Of a stretch of 64,000 nucleotides of DNA, positions 58,356-64,000 are shown piece after piece. Each line of letters opens with the position of its first letter. The first letter of the stretch is position 1. Source of the stretch: an uncultured Microbacterium sp. GTDB lineage: Bacteria; Actinomycetota; Actinomycetes; Actinomycetales; Microbacteriaceae. Both the position numbers and the translations under genes were made by a program. Location of the stretch: NCBI RefSeq assembly GCF_963521645.1, contig NZ_CAUQVQ010000001.1:32405-96404 (forward strand), read 5' to 3'. The notes below the pieces were generated by a model that was not told where the DNA came from, did no database searches, and worked only from the letters and a program-made list of their open reading frames with translations.

Positions 58356-59867
58356 TCACGCCTCGACGGCGAAGGGTGCCAGGTCGGCGGCGAGCCGTTC
58401 AGACACGCGCGCATGCACGACGGTGCCGTCTTCGCTGTGATCGACGGACAGCAGCATCCCGGTCTCATGGATCGCCGCAACCAGATCGCCGCGATCGTAG
58501 GGGACGACCGCGTGCACCTCGACCGCCGGCTGAGGAAGAGCCTCCTCGATCGCCGCCCGGAGCTGCTCGATGCCCTCGCCCGATCTCGACGAGACGAAGT
58601 GGGCCTTGGGCTCGAGGCCTTGCAGCACCAGTCGCTCGTCGTCGGCGATCAGATCGGCCTTGTTGAACACCACCAGCTCTGGCATGTCGCGGACGCCGAC
58701 GTCGCCCAGCACGTCTCTGACGGTCTGCAGCTGGCCGGCCGGGTCGGGGTGTGATCCGTCGACGACGTGCACCACGACGTCCGCGTCGCCGACCTCCTCC
58801 AGAGTCGAGCGGAAGGCTTCGACGAGCTGGTGGGGCAGATTGCGGACGAAGCCGACCGTGTCGGTGAGCGTGTAGACGCGACCATCTGCGGTCTCCGTCC
58901 GGCGCACCGTCGCGTCGAGCGTCGCGAACAGCGCGTTCTCCACCAGCACGCCCGCGCTTGTGAGCGCGTTCAGCAGGCTGGACTTGCCGGCGTTCGTGTA
59001 CCCCGCGATCGCGACGGAGGGAATCGTGTTGCGTCGGCGCTCGGCGCGCTTGGCCTCTCGCGCCGGACCGAAGTCGCGGATCTGACGGCGCAGCAGGGCC
59101 ATCTTGGTGCGGATGCGACGGCGGTCGAGTTCGATCTTGGTCTCACCCGGGCCACGCGAGCCCATACCCGCCCCGCCCGCACCGACCTGACCACCGGCCT
59201 GGCGGCTCATCGAATCGCCCCAACCGCGCAGACGCGGAAGAAGGTATTCGAGCTGTGCGAGTTCGACCTGGGCCTTGCCCTCACGGCTCTTGGCATGCTG
59301 GCTGAAGATGTCGAGGATCACCGTCGTGCGGTCGATGACCTTCACCTTGACGACGTCCTCGAGCGCACGACGCTGGCTGGGGGCGAGCTCGGTGTCCGCG
59401 ATGACCGTATCCGCTCCCGTCGCGGCGACGATGTCCTTGAGCTCCTGCGCCTTGCCGCGTCCGATGTAGGTTGCGGCGTCGGGGTGCGGCCTCCGCTGCA
59501 GCACTCCGTCGAGCACGACAGCCCCTGCGGTCTCTGCCAGTGCGGCGAGCTCGCGCAGGGAGTTCTCGGCGTCGTCCTGGGCACCCTGCGGGTAGACCCC
59601 GACGAGCACGACATTCTCGAGACGCAGCTGGCGATACTCGACCTCGGTGACGTCCTCGAGTTCGGTCGACAGACCGCCGACACGTCGCAGAGCGTGTCGG
59701 TCCTCGAGATCCCACTGGTCACCGTCTGACGAGGCATGCGACGCGGTGGACGAATCCTGAAGCGCTTGGGCTGCTCCGAACACACGGGGTTCCGTGCGCT
59801 TCTCGGCGTTGGCGAGCACGCGCTCGACTGCGCCGTCGTCAGTGGTGGGTGTGGTGCTGTCCGTCAT
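58356..59867 (-). CDS. hflX: GTPase HflX
   Basis: 503 aa with the HflX N-domain, G1 AGYTNAGKSSLLN, G3 DTVGF and G4 NKAD. Confidence 0.95.
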   Translation of the reverse strand: MTDSTTPTTDDGAVERVLANAEKRTEPRVFGAAQALQDSSTASHASSDGDQWDLEDRHALRRVGGLSTELEDVTEVEYRQLRLENVVLVGVYPQGAQDDAENSLRELAALAETAGAVVLDGVLQRRPHPDAATYIGRGKAQELKDIVAATGADTVIADTELAPSQRRALEDVVKVKVIDRTTVILDIFSQHAKSREGKAQVELAQLEYLLPRLRGWGDSMSRQAGGQVGAGGAGMGSRGPGETKIELDRRRIRTKMALLRRQIRDFGPAREAKRAERRRNTIPSVAIAGYTNAGKSSLLNALTSAGVLVENALFATLDATVRRTETADGRVYTLTDTVGFVRNLPHQLVEAFRSTLEEVGDADVVVHVVDGSHPDPAGQLQTVRDVLGDVGVRDMPELVVFNKADLIADDERLVLQGLEPKAHFVSSRSGEGIEQLRAAIEEALPQPAVEVHAVVPYDRGDLVAAIHETGMLLSVDHSEDGTVVHARVSERLAADLAPFAVEA

Positions 59868-59935
59868 CCGGTCCTTGTCTCTGGGTTTTGTTGCGAGCCT
59901 TAACCTTAGCCCGCACTGTCCGCTACGCTCACGGT

Positions 59936-60589
59936 ATGGGGTCCGATCACTACTTCACTGCGGCCCCGGCAAGCCCCGAGAACCTGCGCTCACTCCGTGT
60001 GAGTCTCGCAGGCCGTGAGCTGGACGTCACGACTGCTGGCGGCGTCTTCAGCCCGGATCGGCTGGATGCCGGTACTGCCGTCCTACTCGCCAACATGCCG
60101 CCTGTCCCGCCGGGAGGCAATCTTCTCGACCTCGGCAGCGGATGGGGTCCCATCACGCTGACCATGGCACTCGCCGCTCCGCACGCCACGGTGTGGGCGG
60201 TCGACGTCAACGAGCGGGCCCTCGACCTGGTCCGCAGGAATGCGAAGGCGTTGGGCCTCACCAATGTCAACGCCTCACTGCCCGGCGATGTTCCCGAGAG
60301 TGTGTCTTTCCGCACCATCCGCTCCAACCCGCCGATCCGTGTCGGCAAGAGCGAGCTGCACGGTCTCCTCGAGAAATGGGTGCCTCGGCTCGACGAGCGC
60401 AGCGACGCGTGGCTCGTGGTGCAGCGGAATCTCGGAGCGGACTCACTGCAGCGGTGGCTCGCAGCGACGTTCCAGCCGGGCTTCAGCGTGCACCGCACCG
60501 CGACGGCGAAGGGCTACCGGGTGTTGAAGGTTCGCAAGCACGGGTCACCGCCCACGGAGCCGATCGCGCTGGCCGGACTGGATTCCTGA
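59936..60589 (+). CDS. class I SAM-dependent (RsmC/RlmG-like) methyltransferase
   Basis: 217 aa from ATG 59936 with GVFSPDRLDAGT, LLDLGSGWGP and the NPPI catalytic motif (IRSNPPIRVG). Confidence 0.8.
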   Translation: MGSDHYFTAAPASPENLRSLRVSLAGRELDVTTAGGVFSPDRLDAGTAVLLANMPPVPPGGNLLDLGSGWGPITLTMALAAPHATVWAVDVNERALDLVRRNAKALGLTNVNASLPGDVPESVSFRTIRSNPPIRVGKSELHGLLEKWVPRLDERSDAWLVVQRNLGADSLQRWLAATFQPGFSVHRTATAKGYRVLKVRKHGSPPTEPIALAGLDS

Positions 60590-60652
60590 TCCAGGTCGCT
60601 CCCCCGGGCCGGTCGAAGCGAACGGCCTGATCGCGCGAATCCCGACGCCTCG

Positions 60653-61525
60653 TCAGAGCAGATCGACCTCGCCGCTGAACACCAGCTGCGCAGGACCCGA
60701 GAGGGCGACATGCTCGCCGTCTTCGGCGGGGAACATGCGGACGCCGAGCGTGCCACCGGGAACCTCGACCCGCCAGTGGTTCGGCGCCTGCTCCCCCGCC
60801 CAGTGCCGTACGGCGAGTGCGGTCGCAGCGACGCCGGTGCCGCAGCTGAGAGTCTCGCCCACTCCTCGTTCCGATACCCGCATCCTCACGTGACCGACCC
60901 CATCGCGCACGAGGGGCTCGCCGGGCACGACGAACTCGACGTTCGCGCCGTCAGGCAGCCGCGGATCGAGTTCGGGCGCGCGGTGCAGTTCGAGGGATGC
61001 CAGTTCGGCATCGGACGCGAGAGCCACGACCACGTGGGGATTGCCGACGTCGATTCCGAGGCCAGGTCGGGTGACCGCCAAGCCCTCCGCCGTCACGAGA
61101 GGGTCTTGGCCGGAGAGCTTCCACGCCCCGAGATCGACCTGATACCCGGTCTCGCTGCGCGTGACGTCGCGGACTCCTGCCCGCGTGCCGATCGGCAGGG
61201 TCGATCCGGGCTCGATCGTCGCGAGCCCGGAGCGGACGAGATAGTGCGCGAACACACGGATGCCGTTGCCGCACATCTCGGCGATCGAACCGTCGGCGTT
61301 TCGATAGTCCATGAACCACTCCGCATCCGGCTCCTCGTCGAGCGCGGCCCGGCCCTCGGTGATCGCAGCGGACCGGACCACCCTGAGGATGCCGTCGGCA
61401 CCGATCCCGAAGTGGCGGTCGCACAGCACGGCGACCTGCTCAGCCGTCAGATCGAGGGTGCCGTCGGGGTCCGCGATGATGACGAAGTCGTTGCCCGTGC
61501 CGTGACCCTTGGTGAATGCGACCAT
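60653..61525 (-). CDS. dapF: diaminopimelate epimerase
   Basis: 290 aa with [10 protein letters not shown] and the catalytic cysteine motifs MCGNG and SCGTG. Confidence 0.95.
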   Translation of the reverse strand: MVAFTKGHGTGNDFVIIADPDGTLDLTAEQVAVLCDRHFGIGADGILRVVRSAAITEGRAALDEEPDAEWFMDYRNADGSIAEMCGNGIRVFAHYLVRSGLATIEPGSTLPIGTRAGVRDVTRSETGYQVDLGAWKLSGQDPLVTAEGLAVTRPGLGIDVGNPHVVVALASDAELASLELHRAPELDPRLPDGANVEFVVPGEPLVRDGVGHVRMRVSERGVGETLSCGTGVAATALAVRHWAGEQAPNHWRVEVPGGTLGVRMFPAEDGEHVALSGPAQLVFSGEVDLL

Positions 61526-61601
61526 GCGAACAGTCTAGGGATTCGCATCGATCGGCGATGACGAGCGGTGTGGCGGTGGTCGCACCGTGAGCTGCCCGGC
61601 G

Positions 61602-62159
61602 TCAGCCCGCGGCCGCCTGCTGACTGTGCGCGGCCGGCTTGACCACCCGATAGCGTCCGCACATGAAGTTGCGGTTGCGAGCGACCTCGATGAGCTCGAG
61701 GTCTAGGGCGCGCGGGAGGAGCGGTGCCCCCTCTCCGAGTGTCACGGGCGCGAACTGCACCCACACCTCGTCGAGCAGACCGGCATCGGCGAACTGCCCG
61801 GCGAGATCGCCCCCGCCGACGACCCAGAGGTTCTTGTCTCCTGCGGCCTCGAGCATCTCATCGTGCAGCGCTGCTACGGAGCCCTGCACACGGCGGACAT
61901 CACCGTCGGTCGGCAGTTCGATCTCGCGGTGTGTGAAGACCCAGGTGGGCTGCGCGTACCCCCATCGACCGCCCTCGTGTCGCATCACCCATTCGAAGGT
62001 CGATGCTCCCATCGCCAGCGCCCCGACCTCCTTCTCGAAGGCGGGATAGGCCATCGGCCCGTCTTGGTCGATCTCCTGCGTCAGCAACCAGTCCAGCGAG
62101 TGCTCCATCGTCGCGATGAAGCCGTCGAGGCTGGATGCGGTGTAGTAGTGAGTCGCCAT
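61602..62159 (-). CDS. dihydrofolate reductase family protein (RibD C-terminal domain type)
   Basis: 185 aa with ASSLDGFIA ... LWVVGGGDLAGQF ... the pattern of the YyaP/RibD_C family. Confidence 0.8.
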   Translation of the reverse strand: MATHYYTASSLDGFIATMEHSLDWLLTQEIDQDGPMAYPAFEKEVGALAMGASTFEWVMRHEGGRWGYAQPTWVFTHREIELPTDGDVRRVQGSVAALHDEMLEAAGDKNLWVVGGGDLAGQFADAGLLDEVWVQFAPVTLGEGAPLLPRALDLELIEVARNRNFMCGRYRVVKPAAHSQQAAAG

Positions 62160-62218
62160 GCTCCGAGCGTCTCATCGACCACCGACATCTCACGACGGCA
62201 CGATCCGCTCGGCCGCCG

Positions 62219-63139
62219 TCAGGATTCGAGTACGTCTCGCGCTCGTGCGGGAGCATCGTGCCACACGAGTTCGGCATAGCGCTTGAACCACGAGACCTGC
62301 CGCCGTGCGTAGCGACGGGTGAGCGCCTGCGTCTCCGCGATGGCTTCCTCGCGCGTGAGCCGCCCTTCGAGCTGCCCCAGCGCCTGTGCATAGCCGATGG
62401 CACGCCGGGCTGTCACGCCGCGCTCGAGTCCGCGCGCACGGAGGGCGTCGACCTCCGCGATGAGCCCCGTCTCCCACATGCGCTCGACCCTGGTGTCGAG
62501 GCGCTCGACGAGCGCTGCGCGATCGAGTCGGACGCCGATGATCCGAGTGTCCGAGCACCACAGCTCGGGACGATCGGGCAATGCCGCTCCGTGCGTCGAT
62601 CCGCCCTGCTCGAGGACCTCAAGAGCGCGGATGATCCGCCGCCCGTTGCGCGGGTCCACCCGCGAGGCCGTCTGGGGATCCTGCGCCTGCAAGCGCCGCA
62701 ACAGCGCACCGACACCCTCCGACTCGAGCTCATGCTCGAGTCGCGAGCGGATCGCGGCGTCGCGGGGAGGAAAGGAGAAGTCGTAGACGACGCTGGAGAC
62801 GTAGAGACCCGAACCTCCCACGAGGATCGCATCCCCGCCCCGCGCGTGGATGGCGTCGATCGCCTCTCTCGCGAGCGGCTGATACCAGGCCACTGCGGCC
62901 TCTTCGTCGACGTCCCGGACATCGAACAGGTGGTGAGGAATACCGCGTCGCTCGGACTCCGGGACCTTCGCCGTACCGATGTCCATGCCCCGGTAGAGCT
63001 GCATGGCATCGGCGTTGACGATCTCAGCCGGGTTGCCGCGCTCGCGCAGCATCTCTGCCAGATCGAGGGCGAGATCGCTCTTACCCGTCCCGGTGGCTCC
63101 GACCACCGCCCACAGCCGCCGCGACGGTGGGTGTGTCAC
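62219..63139 (-). CDS. miaA: tRNA dimethylallyltransferase
   Basis: 306 aa from GTG 63137-63139, which overlaps the miaB stop (GTGA). It has the P-loop [10 protein letters not shown] and [17 protein letters not shown]. Confidence 0.9.
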   Translation of the reverse strand: MTHPPSRRLWAVVGATGTGKSDLALDLAEMLRERGNPAEIVNADAMQLYRGMDIGTAKVPESERRGIPHHLFDVRDVDEEAAVAWYQPLAREAIDAIHARGGDAILVGGSGLYVSSVVYDFSFPPRDAAIRSRLEHELESEGVGALLRRLQAQDPQTASRVDPRNGRRIIRALEVLEQGGSTHGAALPDRPELWCSDTRIIGVRLDRAALVERLDTRVERMWETGLIAEVDALRARGLERGVTARRAIGYAQALGQLEGRLTREEAIAETQALTRRYARRQVSWFKRYAELVWHDAPARARDVLES

Positions 63140-64000
63140 ACGCCCACGCGAAGCGTCGGAAGCCCAAGCGAGACAGCTCGCGGCGCGCCGTCTGCATCGT
63201 TCGTCGCCGGCACGGCGCACGACTCGGCCTGGCTGCGATCCCATGCGTCTCCGCCGCGCGTGCGACGGATGCGCAGCGGGGCGCCCGTCGGGTCGTCGGC
63301 GAGAAGGTGGAAAGGAGCCGCGTGCGAGATGGTCACGACGACGGCGTCGCCGGGCCGCGGCAACGCCGATCCCGGGGTGACCTCGAAGTGCACCAACCGA
63401 TTGTCCTGCGCCCGACCCGTCAGCCTGTGGGTCTCGGCGTCCTTCTTGCCTTCACCGGTCGAGACGAGGACTTCGACTTCGCGACCGATCTGCTTGTGGT
63501 TCTCCTCGAGCGAGATGCGCTCCTGCAGCGCGAGCAGGCGGTTGTAGCGTTCCTGGACGACTGCCTTGGGAACCTGTTCCTCCATGGTCGCCGCCGGTGT
63601 TCCCTCGCGAATGGAGTACTGGAACGTGAAGGCGCTGGCGAACCTGGCCTTCTCGACGACCCTCATCGTGTCCTCGAAATCCTCGTCGGTCTCTCCGGGG
63701 AATCCGACGATGATGTCCGTCGTGATCGCCGCGTGCGGGATCCTCTCCCGGACACGATCGAGGATGCCGAGGAACCTCTCGCTCCGATAGGAGCGGCGCA
63801 TCGCCTTGAGGATGCGATCGCTCCCCGATTGCAACGGCATGTGCAGCTGCGGCATGACATTCGGGGTCTCGGCCATGGCGTCGATGACGTCGTCCGTGAA
63901 AGCGGCCGGGTGCGGGCTCGTGAACCTGACGCGTTCGAGCCCCTCGATCTCCCCCACTGCGCGGAGCAGCTTGCCGAACGCCTGCCGATCGCCGAACTCG
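63136..64000 (-). CDS. miaB: tRNA-i6A37 methylthiotransferase MiaB, C-terminal part (runs off the right edge)
   Basis: Radical-SAM methylthiotransferase blocks are present: [30 protein letters not shown] and a TRAM domain. The reading frame is open to the window edge. Confidence 0.9.
   Translation of the reverse strand, partial: EFGDRQAFGKLLRAVGEIEGLERVRFTSPHPAAFTDDVIDAMAETPNVMPQLHMPLQSGSDRILKAMRRSYRSERFLGILDRVRERIPHAAITTDIIVGFPGETDEDFEDTMRVVEKARFASAFTFQYSIREGTPAATMEEQVPKAVVQERYNRLLALQERISLEENHKQIGREVEVLVSTGEGKKDAETHRLTGRAQDNRLVHFEVTPGSALPRPGDAVVVTISHAAPFHLLADDPTGAPLRIRRTRGGDAWDRSQAESCAVPATNDADGAPRAVSLGLPTLRVGV

Overview
This is a high-GC actinobacterial chromosome segment (roughly 70% G+C by eye, with a strong GC3 bias). 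Gene order and protein sequences suggest Micrococcales or Microbacteriaceae, but I could not verify that.

Most of the window is conserved housekeeping backbone, mainly on the minus strand:
- rnc (partial), rpmF, yceD, coaD, recG, then rsmD and thiL
- a tightly overlapping murA-plsC-gpsA-ddl string, then leuCD
- gltX plus tRNA-Gln, then ilvE, leuB and serA
- otsA-otsB-ilvD-ilvBN-ilvC
- a pcaIJF/scoAB-thiolase cluster with an IclR regulator
- hisN, ssrA (tmRNA), hflX, dapF, miaA and miaB (partial)

RNA features are three tRNAs (Glu-CUC, Gln-CUG, Lys-CUU), one tmRNA, and one candidate Mn2+ (yybP-ykoY type) riboswitch ahead of a TerC gene. Several strong hairpin terminators are present.

I found no CRISPR array, IS element, integrase, prophage or recognisable defence gene.

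The least backbone-like stretch is about 12.2-25.3 kb. It carries a metY-like gene coupled to a flavin monooxygenase, DUF427, a LON-domain protein, TerC, an ECF sigma factor with a DUF4349 partner, an MBL-fold/APH-like pair, pepN, a type IB topoisomerase and DUF2087. Further uncharacterised membrane or lipoprotein genes lie at 36.9-38.8 kb and 55.2-56.7 kb.

I see no convincing new multi-gene system. The best leads are:
- the riboswitch-TerC leader with an alternative helix that could sequester the SD
- the cysteine-free DUF4349 partner of the ECF sigma factor
- the coupled sulfhydrylase-monooxygenase pair
- the tandem look-alike membrane proteins between serA and ilvC
- the roughly 450-nt non-coding tract behind the tmRNA gene

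Functional calls rest on motif and N-terminus recognition and on gene context, read by eye. No database search was run. Many track ORFs are antisense or N-terminally over-extended artefacts of the high GC content, so I trimmed starts where the sequence supports it.
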